Virus record (IMG/VR): IMGVR_UViG_3300021957_000020
Source of the DNA: an uncultured virus (IMG/VR IMGVR_UViG_3300021957_000020)
Lineage: Duplodnaviria > Heunggongvirae > Uroviricota > Caudoviricetes
Strand: one strand, 5' to 3'
Length of the DNA: 64,000 nt
Shown here: one piece after another, positions 1 through 9,293 of the stretch
Position numbering within the stretch: the first letter of the stretch is position 1
Layout: every line of letters starts with the position of its first letter
Notes under the pieces: model-generated
Told to the model about the DNA's origin: nothing
Database searches by the model: none
What the model saw: the letters and a program-made list of their open reading frames with translations, nothing else
Position numbers and translations under genes: made by a program

Positions 1-1
1 T

Positions 2-61
2 AAAGTAACTAAAGACGCACAACAAAAAGGAAAATCTTTTAGAATGGATCTTAAAAGATGA
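2..61 (+). CDS. 3' end of a CDS entering from the left edge (partial)
   Basis: Open frame KVTKDAQQKGKSFRMDLKR ending in TGA that overlaps the next ATG (ATGA coupling). Confidence 0.5.
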   Translation, partial: KVTKDAQQKGKSFRMDLKR

Positions 62-414
62 TTTCTTTTAAAGAATATCTTTCTGAAAAAGGTCCAGGAC
101 TCTGGGCTAATATTCGTAAGAAAAGAAAAAGTGGAAGGCCAATGCGTAAGAAGGGAGAGAAAGGTGCTCCTACAGCAGCTGCTATGAAACAAGCTTCAGA
201 AGGCGCTGGTAAATATAAAGGCGAGACTTGGGAAGATGGTTTTAAGAGAAGAGTAGTACCAACAACAGATCCTAAACACAAAGAAGACGGTTTTGGTTGG
301 AGAATTAAAGGTAAAGAAAAAGACAATATATCTATTAAGTTATATAAGACTAAGCCAGATTTCACTGAATACAAAAAACAAATGAGGAGAGTAGCAGGCC
401 ATGAATTTGGTTAA
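58..414 (+). CDS. Basic hypothetical protein, candidate internal head protein
   Basis: 118 aa, K/R-rich; N-terminus MISFKEYLSE resembles the T4 capsid-targeting sequence. Confidence 0.6.
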   Translation: MISFKEYLSEKGPGLWANIRKKRKSGRPMRKKGEKGAPTAAAMKQASEGAGKYKGETWEDGFKRRVVPTTDPKHKEDGFGWRIKGKEKDNISIKLYKTKPDFTEYKKQMRRVAGHEFG

Positions 415-766
415 TTTTAAAGAATTTAATACAACATTTGGTTTATACGAAGGAACACATGTTCCATTAGAACAACCAATGTGCGAAGGACCAGAATTAA
501 ATAGTCCTAAGAGATCAGCAGGTCCAAGCAAATATGTTGTATATGTAAAAGATCCAACAACGGGTAATGTAAAAAAGATTAACTTTGGCGACGCAAAAGG
601 CGGACTCAGTTCAAAGATTAATGATAGAGATGCAGCTCGTAACTTTGCTAGTAGACATAACTGTGATACTAAAAAAGATAAGATGAAAGCCGGCTATTGG
701 TCCTGTAGGTTACCTAAGTATGCTAAAGACCTAGGACTAAAAGGAGGAGGTAATTACTTTTGGTAG
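401..766 (+). CDS. Conserved marine T4-like phage hypothetical protein
   Basis: KYVVYVK...KINFGD...FASRHNC...AGYWSC motifs; N-terminal FKEF. Confidence 0.65.
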   Translation: MNLVNFKEFNTTFGLYEGTHVPLEQPMCEGPELNSPKRSAGPSKYVVYVKDPTTGNVKKINFGDAKGGLSSKINDRDAARNFASRHNCDTKKDKMKAGYWSCRLPKYAKDLGLKGGGNYFW

Positions 767-1035
767 AACTTCCTTTTGCAGACGAATATATCCAAGAGGG
801 TATAGAAAGAGAATTCTTCGTTGATCGAGACGACGCGGAATATGTCTGGCATAAAGATCATGAAAATCGTGAAATAGAAATACTCGAAGGTGAAGGATGG
901 AGAATACAGTTTGAAGACTGTTTACCATATTTATTAAAACCAGGTATGATATTTGATGTCCCGAAGGGTCATTATCATAGAGTTATAAAAGGCGTTAACA
1001 CGTTAAAATGTAGGATCATATCAAAAAATGGATAA
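760..1035 (+). CDS. Cupin-fold small protein
   Basis: WHKDHENREIEILEGEGW and VPKGHYHRV match the two cupin metal-binding motifs. Confidence 0.65.
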   Translation: MVELPFADEYIQEGIEREFFVDRDDAEYVWHKDHENREIEILEGEGWRIQFEDCLPYLLKPGMIFDVPKGHYHRVIKGVNTLKCRIISKNG

Positions 1036-1339
1036 AGACTTAGACCAAGTATACACAATTCAGTCTCAGAGGCTGGATAGAATAGAAGAGAAATTAGATC
1101 AAATGGCTCAAGCGATAATAGCGCTTGCACGAGCAGAAGAAAAGATTTCAACTCTCGCAGAATTTAATAAGCAACAAGCAACTCAAGTACAGTTGCTTAT
1201 AAATAGAATAGACAGAGTGGAGCAATTAGTTAATAGCAATGCAAGCACTGTCAATATAATAAATAGAATCTTTTGGGTTATATTAGTTGGGTTAATCTCA
1301 GCAGTAACTTGGGAGTACATAATTCATTTAAGCAATTAG
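1028..1339 (+). CDS. Coiled-coil protein with C-terminal transmembrane helix
   Basis: Heptad-rich body; hydrophobic IFWVILVGLISAVTW. Confidence 0.65.
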   Translation: MDKDLDQVYTIQSQRLDRIEEKLDQMAQAIIALARAEEKISTLAEFNKQQATQVQLLINRIDRVEQLVNSNASTVNIINRIFWVILVGLISAVTWEYIIHLSN

Positions 1340-1348
1340 GAGATTAAA

Positions 1349-1975
1349 ATGAAATTTCAAGATGACATAACAATGAGCATTGCTAGTACTGTAAAAGACG
1401 TACTCGAAGGTAAAGCTCCAAAAAAAGAAGAAGCTAAATATCCTCATGATATGTTTCACCCAGAAACAGGTGAGAAAGAAGTAGCTAAAGACGAAGCAGA
1501 GCATAATGCCTTAGATAAAAAAGGTTACACTCATGAAAAGCCAAAAGTAAAAGAAGTAGCAGAACCTGAGCCAAAAGGCGAAAAAGAATTTAAAGCTAAA
1601 CACGTAATTAAGAAGTCTGGCGAAAACAATGACGGAACAGTTACTAAAGAATCTAAACATGACGAAGACGAAAAGAAAGAAGGTAATGCCTTCACTGCAG
1701 CTTTAAACGCTGCTCGCAAAAATGGCGATGACGAATTCGTAGTTTCTGGTAAGAAATACAAAGTAGAAGATTACGCTGAAGACGAAGAAGAAGTCAAAGA
1801 AGCTAAAGTAGCGACTGATGAAGAGTCAGAAAAGCAAAAGAAATATCAGGCATTCTTTAATAAAGCACTTAAAAAGTTTGGTGTAGATTCACCATCTGAA
1901 TTAGAAGGCGATAAGAAAAAAGAATTCTTTGACTATGTAGACAAAAACTACGAAGCTGATAACGAAGAAGACTAA
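1349..1975 (+). CDS. Highly charged (E/K) protein, probable prohead core/internal protein
   Basis: Strong RBS AGGAG; E/K-rich; TATAAATA at 1198-1205 upstream. Confidence 0.6.
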   Translation: MKFQDDITMSIASTVKDVLEGKAPKKEEAKYPHDMFHPETGEKEVAKDEAEHNALDKKGYTHEKPKVKEVAEPEPKGEKEFKAKHVIKKSGENNDGTVTKESKHDEDEKKEGNAFTAALNAARKNGDDEFVVSGKKYKVEDYAEDEEEVKEAKVATDEESEKQKKYQAFFNKALKKFGVDSPSELEGDKKKEFFDYVDKNYEADNEED

Positions 1976-2005
1976 TTACTATATACCAGGAGGTATATAT
2001 AATAT

Positions 2006-2377
2006 ATGATGAAAGTATTTGATGAATTGAATAGCAAGAATTTTAAACTTTTTGCGGCACAACATTATAGCAATCCGGAATGTACGGATGTAGAAGAATT
2101 TAAGCAAGATATGAGTAGGTTTAAATACCTCAAAAGATTGCTAACACGTTATGAAGAACATGGTGAGTTACAAGAGAGACTTATTCTCAACCACATCATA
2201 GTTCTTTATAATGTATTCGGTATTGAAGCTTGCAACAGAATGATATGGTATAAGATAGAAGAAAGACAATATTGTTATATCAAACCATTTCTAGTATACC
2301 TTCACTACTTACCAGAGGATGAAAAAGTTGAGGTCGTAATGGATCCGAGCATAGTAGAAGTATTAAGGGAACTTTAA
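2006..2377 (+). CDS. Conserved T4-like marine phage hypothetical protein
   Basis: NFKLFAAQHYSNP...RFKYLKRLL...RLILNHIIVLYNVFG pattern typical of cyano-/pelagimyophages. Confidence 0.7.
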   Translation: MMKVFDELNSKNFKLFAAQHYSNPECTDVEEFKQDMSRFKYLKRLLTRYEEHGELQERLILNHIIVLYNVFGIEACNRMIWYKIEERQYCYIKPFLVYLHYLPEDEKVEVVMDPSIVEVLREL

Positions 2378-2967
2378 TGGGAATTATATCAAGAACAGGA
2401 GATTTATTTTACGCATTTCGCTTTTTGAAATTGCTTGTCACTCCGTTTGAAAAGACAAAAGCTTTTGAGCTTGGTATTATAGACAAAGAAGGCACTGTTC
2501 TTAAAAAGGCAGTTGATCGTACAACTACAGATGAAAAGTCAGCATTTACAGTCTTTCATAGACTTGTATTTAATCTTAAAAAAATTATGGCAAAAGCACC
2601 AGGCGGCAAATCAGTCGTAGCGAGATACGGTGCAGCTCTCTTTCTAATTAAAGAACACACTGGAATGACAGATAAAAAGCTTCTTAAGACTATAGAAAAG
2701 GCCTTAGATACCACAATCACCGATGAACTTAGCGAAAACTATTGGTACCAAGATGACGAAGCAAGACTTATGCCAGGCAACTATGTACTTACAGAAGATA
2801 TGGCATCACCAATTACAGGTGAAGTTATTGCAAAGAAAAACGAAAAGATTATAGTAGAAGACTTTAAAAGTCCAATTGGGAGCATTTCGAATATAAATAT
2901 CTATAGGGTAATGCATAATAAAACCAAACAAGAAATATACATCAGCAATAGAGATATAAAACGATGA
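2377..2967 (+). CDS. Conserved T4-like hypothetical (probable virion) protein
   Basis: RFLKLLVTPFEKTKAFELGIID...FHRLVFNLKK; TAATG coupling to upstream gene. Confidence 0.65.
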   Translation: MGIISRTGDLFYAFRFLKLLVTPFEKTKAFELGIIDKEGTVLKKAVDRTTTDEKSAFTVFHRLVFNLKKIMAKAPGGKSVVARYGAALFLIKEHTGMTDKKLLKTIEKALDTTITDELSENYWYQDDEARLMPGNYVLTEDMASPITGEVIAKKNEKIIVEDFKSPIGSISNINIYRVMHNKTKQEIYISNRDIKR

Positions 2968-3191
2968 GAAGAACATTTAAAGAATTTGAAGCAATGTGGG
3001 AAGACGCTGCAGCTAATTCAGTAGCTGGCGGTGGAGTATCCATGCCATCAGATGCAATGGGTAAACAAGCGTTACTCAGAAGAAACAAGAAAGCCAAATT
3101 ATATGATGGTAGAACTAAAGAGGGTAAGAAGTTTGTAAAACGTATCCTTGCTAGGAGAACAGCACGTGAAGCACTTACGAAAATTACTTAA
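2964..3191 (+). CDS. Small hypothetical protein with capsid-targeting-like N-terminus
   Basis: MRRTFKEFEAMWE then AAANSV; DGRTK motif; late promoter at 2892-2899. Confidence 0.6.
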   Translation: MRRTFKEFEAMWEDAAANSVAGGGVSMPSDAMGKQALLRRNKKAKLYDGRTKEGKKFVKRILARRTAREALTKIT

Positions 3192-3417
3192 GCATTTAAA
3201 GACTTTTTATTGGTGGATAGTAAATAAGTTTAATCCACGATTTACAGTTACAGTTTCCTTTGATAACCAATGGGGTAACGGTGACGATCAACAGTATGTT
3301 CACGTGAGAAAAATAATCAAAGCAAATTTTAAAGAATTAAAGTTTAGAACAGATGATAAAAGAACTGTGCATATCAAAGGTATGCAAGGTTTAAGATATA
3401 AAATAGAGGACGAATAA
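3166..3417 (+). CDS. Hypothetical protein
   Basis: Likely GTG start after AGGAG; stop overlaps the next ATG. Confidence 0.55.
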   Translation: MKHLRKLLKHLKTFYWWIVNKFNPRFTVTVSFDNQWGNGDDQQYVHVRKIIKANFKELKFRTDDKRTVHIKGMQGLRYKIEDE

Positions 3418-3785
3418 TGCAACAATTTTTTATTGCAATCATATTAGTACTAGGACTGAGTACCTGGTGGTTATATGGCCAAAACCAAACATTTAAAGCA
3501 AACCAAATTAAACTCGAAGCTGCTGTAGAAGAACAGAAACAAGCTATGGAGATTATGAAAGAGTCTTATGAAAAGCAAGGTAAAGCTTTAATGAATATGA
3601 GTAAGCAAAATGCTCAAATTGAACAAGAAAAAGCAGAATATTTAGCCATATTCTCTAGGCATAATTTAGACTTACTTGCTCTGAAAAAGCCTGGACTCAT
3701 AGAATTACGATTTAATAAAGCAAGTGAAGCAGTGATGGAGGGACTTGAAGATGATACAGAAAAACTTAGTAATCTTAATAGGTAG
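3417..3785 (+). CDS. Putative inner-membrane spanin (Rz-like)
   Basis: N-terminal TM helix followed by a long coiled coil; overlaps a downstream lipoprotein gene. Confidence 0.65.
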   Translation: MQQFFIAIILVLGLSTWWLYGQNQTFKANQIKLEAAVEEQKQAMEIMKESYEKQGKALMNMSKQNAQIEQEKAEYLAIFSRHNLDLLALKKPGLIELRFNKASEAVMEGLEDDTEKLSNLNR

Positions 3786-4290
3786 TATCTTTTTATTTAC
3801 AGGATGTAGTACCTTAGGACTCTTAGGTCCTAGACAAATAGAGACAGTATCAAAACCGATACAAATAGATATTATGCAACCCGATCTTCCAAGACCTGTT
3901 GAACTAACAGCACCGCAATGGTATGTCGTTTCAGAAGCTCGTATTGCAAATCCATGCAAAAAGTCTTTATCATTCGAGCCTAAAAAGTTTGATGAGAATA
4001 AGGTAGAACAACTTAAAAGACCTAAAACATGCGATAAAGCAGATAAAGAAAATCCAGAATGGCCAGATGGTTATACATATCTAGATAGATTTATTGATGA
4101 AATGAAAAAACAAAACAATGGAGACATTGTATTTGTCGCAACTTCAGTTGGTGACTATAAAGTTATGGCTGAAGATATGCAAGAACTTAAAAGGTACCTT
4201 AAGCAATTAGGAGAAGTAGTAGTCTATTATAGAGACGTTACAATGCCTAATGGTGATAAGGGCGCCGGCGCTGCTATTAAGAAAAAATGA
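3751..4290 (+). CDS. Putative outer-membrane spanin lipoprotein (Rz1-like)
   Basis: Lipobox LFTGC, Pro-rich segment, C-terminal helix; overlaps the Rz-like gene. Confidence 0.65.
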   Translation: MIQKNLVILIGSIFLFTGCSTLGLLGPRQIETVSKPIQIDIMQPDLPRPVELTAPQWYVVSEARIANPCKKSLSFEPKKFDENKVEQLKRPKTCDKADKENPEWPDGYTYLDRFIDEMKKQNNGDIVFVATSVGDYKVMAEDMQELKRYLKQLGEVVVYYRDVTMPNGDKGAGAAIKKK

Positions 4291-4505
4291 TTGGCATTCT
4301 GGTAGCAGTATTCAAAGCGATAGTGACTAAGTTATTAACAACTTCAGCACTCAGCTTTCTCCATCCCCATCTCTTACGATTAGACAAGTGGTGTGAAGAT
4401 AAACTTGGAATAGACATTATCAAACAAGATAAGAAGTTTCATGACAAGTATCCGCTAGTAGCTCAACGACTAGTAGAAATTGAAAGAAGACTTAAAATTA
4501 AATAA
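4287..4505 (+). CDS. Small hypothetical protein with hydrophobic N-terminus
   Basis: 72-aa ORF, ATGA-coupled. Confidence 0.55.
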   Translation: MIGILVAVFKAIVTKLLTTSALSFLHPHLLRLDKWCEDKLGIDIIKQDKKFHDKYPLVAQRLVEIERRLKIK

Positions 4506-4516
4506 ATAAAATAAAG

Positions 4517-4546
4517 GTTTACATTTGTTTACTTTTATGATATAAT
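4517..4546 (+). promoter_or_regulatory. Early (sigma70-type) promoter for nrdA
   Basis: GTTTACA-N17-TATAAT with extended TG. Confidence 0.85.
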
Positions 4547-4555
4547 ATATATTAT

Positions 4556-6850
4556 ATGAATGGAACAACTACAATTAACGTAACAAAGAGAGATGGTTCA
4601 ATACAACCATTTGATTTAGAAAAAGTACATAAAGTTCTGGAATGGGCAGTTGAAGATATATCAGGCGTATCAATGTCTGAAATAGAACTCAAAGCTAACA
4701 TTCAGCTTTATGACAAAATCGAAGCTTATGATATCCATGAGCTCTTAATTAAATCAGCCTCTGAACTTATATCAGAACATACACCCAACTATCAATTCGT
4801 GGCAGCTCGTCTTATATCTTATAAGATGAGAAAAGAAGCTTATGGTGACTATCAAGTCCCGCCACTTTCAGTTATAATTAATAGAAACATACTTCTCGGA
4901 GTTTATGATAAAGAGATTATAGAAATTTATAGCCAAGAAGAATTAGATGAGCTTGAAGCTCATATTAAACATGAAAGAGATGATACCTTTACGTATGCAG
5001 GTATGGAACAATTTAGAGGTAAGTATCTCGTTCAAGATAGAAGAACAAAAGAAATCTATGAAACACCACAGATATTGTATATGTTAATATCAATGACTCT
5101 GTTTGGTAAATACAAAGACAATAGACTTAAATTTGTAAAGGACTATTATGATGCAATATCTCAATTTTATATATCACTACCTACGCCAATCATGGCAGGA
5201 GTTAGAACTCCGACTCGACAATTCAGTTCTTGCGTACTTATTGAATCAGGAGATTCCCTTGATTCTATTAATGCTACTGCTACTTCTATTGTCAAATACA
5301 TAAGCAAGAAAGCAGGTATAGGAATAGGCGCAGGTTCAATCAGAGCTAATGGTGCAAAAGTTGGAGATGGTTCAGTAGTTCATACAGGACTTATACCATT
5401 CTTAAAATACTTTCAGTCAGCCGTTAAATCATGTTCTCAAGGTGGAGTACGTGGAGGCGCAGCTACTGTATACTTACCAATCTGGCACTATGAGTTTGAA
5501 GATTTAATTGTACTTAAAAATAATAAAGGAACAGATGAAACAAGAGTTCGTCATATGGATTATGCATTTCAGTTTAATAAACTTATGTATGAAAGACTAC
5601 TATCAGGTGGGAACATCACTTTCTTCGATCCTAACGACGTACCTGGTCTCTATGATGCATTCTTTGTAGATCAAGACAAGTTTCAAGAGTTATACGAAAA
5701 ATATGAAAGAAAGACATCAATACGTAAAAAATCATTACCAGCTCTTGAAGTCTTTCAACAATTCTTAACTGAAAGAAAAGACACTGGTAGAATATATCTT
5801 ATGAATGTAGATCATGCAAACGAACATGGTGCATTTATTCCAGAAAGAGCTCCTATTAAAATGAGTAATCTTTGTTGTGAAATAGATTTACCTACTCAAC
5901 CACTGAATAGTCATGACGACACTGATGGAGAAATATCCCTATGTACTCTTTCAGCAATTAATTGGGGATTAATAAATGAAACACACGAATTTGAAAAATA
6001 TTGCGATCTTACTGTCCGTGCTCTTGATGAGCTTCTTGACTATCAAGGGTATCCAATCGAAGCAGCAAAACAAGGAACACTTAATAGACGCCCCCTTGGA
6101 GTGGGGATTATTAACCTCGCATATTTCTTAGCTAAAAGAGGACTAAAATATGACGAATCAGCCTATGAAATAGTTGATGAATATGCTGAAGCATGGTCAT
6201 ATTATTTGATAAAAAGTTCCGCAAACCTTGCCGCTGAAAAAGGAAAATTGATATATAATAATGATACGAAATATTCCGAAGGAGTGCTTCCTATCGATAC
6301 TTATAAACGAGCGATAGATAATTTAATAGAGTCTAGAGAACGCTTACCGTGGGAAGATTTGCGCAAGCAACTCAGAGAAACTGGTATTCGAAACTCGACC
6401 CTGATGGCATTAATGCCAGCTGAAACAAGTGCTCAGATAAGTAATAGTACGAATGGTATTGAACCACCAAGAGCATTGGTATCGTACAAACAGAGTAAAG
6501 ATGGAGTAATGGCACAGGTTGTGCCTGGATATCATCATTACAAAAATAAGTATGATTTACTATGGGATCAAAAGTCACCTGAAGGCTACCTAGCAATATG
6601 TGGTATTCTTCAAAAATATATCGATCAAGGCATATCAGTCAATACATCTTACAATCCAGAACATTATGAGGATAATAAGGTGCCTATGTCAGCGATGATA
6701 ACAGATCTTGTAACAGCATACAAATATGGCCTGAAGCAATTATATTATTTCAATACGTTTGACGGAGCTGGAGAAATGAAAGAAGAACTACCAGATTTAG
6801 AAAGAACAATAATTGAAGATGAAGATGATTGTGATTCATGCAAGATTTAA
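4556..6850 (+). CDS. nrdA: Ribonucleotide reductase class Ia alpha subunit
   Basis: N-terminal ATP cone (VTKRDG), QFSSCVL, SNLCCEI catalytic motif, LMPAETS, LYY, C-terminal CDSCKI. Confidence 0.98.
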   Translation: MNGTTTINVTKRDGSIQPFDLEKVHKVLEWAVEDISGVSMSEIELKANIQLYDKIEAYDIHELLIKSASELISEHTPNYQFVAARLISYKMRKEAYGDYQVPPLSVIINRNILLGVYDKEIIEIYSQEELDELEAHIKHERDDTFTYAGMEQFRGKYLVQDRRTKEIYETPQILYMLISMTLFGKYKDNRLKFVKDYYDAISQFYISLPTPIMAGVRTPTRQFSSCVLIESGDSLDSINATATSIVKYISKKAGIGIGAGSIRANGAKVGDGSVVHTGLIPFLKYFQSAVKSCSQGGVRGGAATVYLPIWHYEFEDLIVLKNNKGTDETRVRHMDYAFQFNKLMYERLLSGGNITFFDPNDVPGLYDAFFVDQDKFQELYEKYERKTSIRKKSLPALEVFQQFLTERKDTGRIYLMNVDHANEHGAFIPERAPIKMSNLCCEIDLPTQPLNSHDDTDGEISLCTLSAINWGLINETHEFEKYCDLTVRALDELLDYQGYPIEAAKQGTLNRRPLGVGIINLAYFLAKRGLKYDESAYEIVDEYAEAWSYYLIKSSANLAAEKGKLIYNNDTKYSEGVLPIDTYKRAIDNLIESRERLPWEDLRKQLRETGIRNSTLMALMPAETSAQISNSTNGIEPPRALVSYKQSKDGVMAQVVPGYHHYKNKYDLLWDQKSPEGYLAICGILQKYIDQGISVNTSYNPEHYEDNKVPMSAMITDLVTAYKYGLKQLYYFNTFDGAGEMKEELPDLERTIIEDEDDCDSCKI

Positions 6851-7071
6851 GAATTAAAATAGAACAAAGGATGGAAATCCTACAAGCCTGGATGGAAGTA
6901 GACTATCACATGAGAAACCCAGAAGTCGTCTACGCTCATACTCTTACAATCAGTAAGTTTTGGTCAGTACTATCAGAAGAAGACAAAGAATATATACAAT
7001 GCGCTCAAAACGCAATAGATGAAAAATCGACAATAACATGGAGACCAAATGGCGATACTACAAAAAAATAA
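6838..7071 (+). CDS. Hypothetical protein between nrdA and nrdB
   Basis: 77-aa ORF overlapping both neighbours. Confidence 0.55.
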   Translation: MQDLRIKIEQRMEILQAWMEVDYHMRNPEVVYAHTLTISKFWSVLSEEDKEYIQCAQNAIDEKSTITWRPNGDTTKK

Positions 7072-8122
7072 AAAATCACATTTGGAACGTAACATGTTCT
7101 TTGATGGTGGCGTTGACATCGCAAGATACGATCAAGTCAAATACCCACAACTAGAAAAAATAACAGACAAACAACTTGGTTTCTTTTGGAGACCAGAAGA
7201 AGTAGATGTATCAAAAGATAAAAAAGACTTTTATGACCTTACAGAACATGAGCAACATATCTTTACATCTAACTTAAAAAGACAAATCATATTAGATTCA
7301 GTTCAAGGTCGAGCTCCTAATATGGCATTCTTACCAATCAGCTCTTTACCTGAAGTAGAAAACTGGGTAGAGACATGGTCATTCTTTGAAACAATTCACA
7401 GCAGATCTTATACTCATATTATAAGAAACATATATCCTAATCCATCAGACGTCTTTGATACTATGCTAGATGTTAAAGAAATCGCAGAATGCGGTAATGA
7501 TATTGCTAAATACTATGATGAACTTATAGATGATAACTCTTCAGCCACAAACAAAATGGCTCATAAGACATCTCTTTATATGTGTTTGCTTTCAGCCAAT
7601 GCCCTAGAAGGAATTCGTTTTTATGTATCCTTCGCCTGCAGTTGGGCATTTGCTGAATTGAAAAAGATGGAAGGCAATGCTAAGATTATTAAGTTTATTG
7701 CAAGAGATGAAAATACTCATTTAGCTGGAACAACTGTAATGTTACGTAATTTATTAAAAGAAGATCCTGACTTTGTAAAGATTGCAAAGAAGATGGAAAA
7801 AGAAGCAGTAAAACTCTTTACAGATGTTATTGAACAAGAAAAAGCTTGGGCTCAATATCTCTTTAAAGATGGTTCTATGATTGGTTTAAACGGATCAATC
7901 TTAGAAGATTACGTTGAGTGGATAGGATGTAAACGAATGAGAGCATTAGGTTTACCATGTCCTTACACAGTTCCACAAATGAATCCATTACCTTGGACAG
8001 AGAAATGGATATCAGGTGGCAACGTACAAGTAGCGCCACAAGAAACAGAGATCAGCTCTTATGTAGTTGGTGGTGTAAAGCAAGACGTTACTGAAAAGAC
8101 GTTTAGTGGATTAAGTTTATAA
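7049..8122 (+). CDS. nrdB: Ribonucleotide reductase class Ia beta subunit
   Basis: FFWRPEE, ETIHSRSY, LEGIRFYVSF, RDENTH, VAPQETEISSY motifs. Confidence 0.98.
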   Translation: MAILQKNKKSHLERNMFFDGGVDIARYDQVKYPQLEKITDKQLGFFWRPEEVDVSKDKKDFYDLTEHEQHIFTSNLKRQIILDSVQGRAPNMAFLPISSLPEVENWVETWSFFETIHSRSYTHIIRNIYPNPSDVFDTMLDVKEIAECGNDIAKYYDELIDDNSSATNKMAHKTSLYMCLLSANALEGIRFYVSFACSWAFAELKKMEGNAKIIKFIARDENTHLAGTTVMLRNLLKEDPDFVKIAKKMEKEAVKLFTDVIEQEKAWAQYLFKDGSMIGLNGSILEDYVEWIGCKRMRALGLPCPYTVPQMNPLPWTEKWISGGNVQVAPQETEISSYVVGGVKQDVTEKTFSGLSL

Positions 8123-8125
8123 ATA
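8118..8125 (+). promoter_or_regulatory. T4-type late promoter
   Basis: TATAAATA about 20 nt upstream of the 8145 ATG. Confidence 0.7.
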
Positions 8126-8144
8126 AAATTATTAGGAGAAGAAT

Positions 8145-8498
8145 ATGGAATTAATAATATTACTTGGATTACTTTGGGCATGGGACGGAAACCTATGGGA
8201 ACAATATGATTCAGAAGAAACTGTAGAAGAAACTGCAGAAGTTGTAGTTGAAACTCCAGTACCAGATACTGCAGTCGATGTTACACAAGTAACTCAAACA
8301 GCAGCAGTACTTACAGCAGTTGCTGAATCATTAAGTGGTACATCAACAAGTACATCAACAAGTACATCAACAGACGCTGAAATAGAAGCTCAGATTATTG
8401 AAGAGCTAGAAAATATGGACGTAACAACAACAACTGTTCCTACTACTACAACTAGCAGTGGAACATCAACATCAACAAGTACATCAACAGGAACATAA
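8145..8498 (+). CDS. Acidic Ser/Thr-rich low-complexity exported or membrane protein
   Basis: Hydrophobic N-terminus, TSTSTS tracts, RBS AGGAG. Confidence 0.65.
   Translation: MELIILLGLLWAWDGNLWEQYDSEETVEETAEVVVETPVPDTAVDVTQVTQTAAVLTAVAESLSGTSTSTSTSTSTDAEIEAQIIEELENMDVTTTTVPTTTTSSGTSTSTSTSTGT
8340..8372 (+). repeat. 12-bp tandem repeat (ACATCAACAAGT) encoding a Thr-Ser tract
   Basis: About 2.7 copies here; related copies near 8463-8490. Confidence 0.7.
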
Positions 8499-8941
8499 TG
8501 AAAGAATTAGGAATGAGTTTAATGGGATGTTTAGCAATAGGACTATTCTTTGTTGCTAAAGTCTATCCAAATCTACAGCATACTGGAGCGCCAAGTCATA
8601 TGAAATGCATCGATGAATGCTATGAAGAATATGTAAGAGTGAATGGTACAGTAGTTGAGATAGAACAACGTAAAAGAGAACTTGCTAATGCAGATGAGTT
8701 TAGTTCTATTAGAAGTTTATGGGCTGGATGCGCAGCATGTCATGGAGCTGATGGTCAAGGAATGGCAGTCTTTCCAAAACTTGCAGGCCAAAATAAAGAT
8801 TATATCGTAAGTAGATTAACTGCTTACAAAAATAGAGAGCAAGTTGGACCAATGAGTTCAACAATGTGGAGTCAAGCAGGTATGCTATCAGATAATGATA
8901 TAGATACTATAGGAAAATTCATACAGGAGACGATGAAATGA
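8498..8941 (+). CDS. Membrane-anchored class I c-type cytochrome (c553/c4-like)
   Basis: CAACHG heme motif, FPKLAGQ, downstream Met candidates for axial ligand, LSDNDI helix, N-terminal TM. Confidence 0.9.
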   Translation: MKELGMSLMGCLAIGLFFVAKVYPNLQHTGAPSHMKCIDECYEEYVRVNGTVVEIEQRKRELANADEFSSIRSLWAGCAACHGADGQGMAVFPKLAGQNKDYIVSRLTAYKNREQVGPMSSTMWSQAGMLSDNDIDTIGKFIQETMK

Positions 8942-9162
8942 TTGAAATATTTGGAAAAGACAATTGTCCATATTGCGATAGAGCAATCGGATTAGCAGAA
9001 AAACTTGACGTAGAGTTTACATATAAAAAACTTGATACTGACTTTACAAGAGAACAACTCTTTGAGCAGTTTCCAGAAGCAAGAACGTTCCCACAAATTC
9101 GAATCGATGGCGAAGCCATTGGTGGTTACACAGATTTTCTACATTATAGTCACGGCGTATGA
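8938..9162 (+). CDS. nrdC: Glutaredoxin
   Basis: CPYC, RTFPQI, IGGY. Confidence 0.92.
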   Translation: MIEIFGKDNCPYCDRAIGLAEKLDVEFTYKKLDTDFTREQLFEQFPEARTFPQIRIDGEAIGGYTDFLHYSHGV

Positions 9163-9293
9163 TTTTAGAATGCGAATACTGCTATTCTAGAATTGTAATA
9201 AAACCAGATGACAGAGAAACTCGCATAAATTTTTGCCCACATTGCGGCGAACCAGCCGATGACGATTTAGACGAATTAGATTTTAATGAATAA
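9159..9293 (+). CDS. 44-aa zinc-ribbon protein (not in ORF track)
   Basis: MILECEYC...FCPHCGE with acidic tail; coupled to both neighbours. Confidence 0.75.
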   Translation: MILECEYCYSRIVIKPDDRETRINFCPHCGEPADDDLDELDFNE

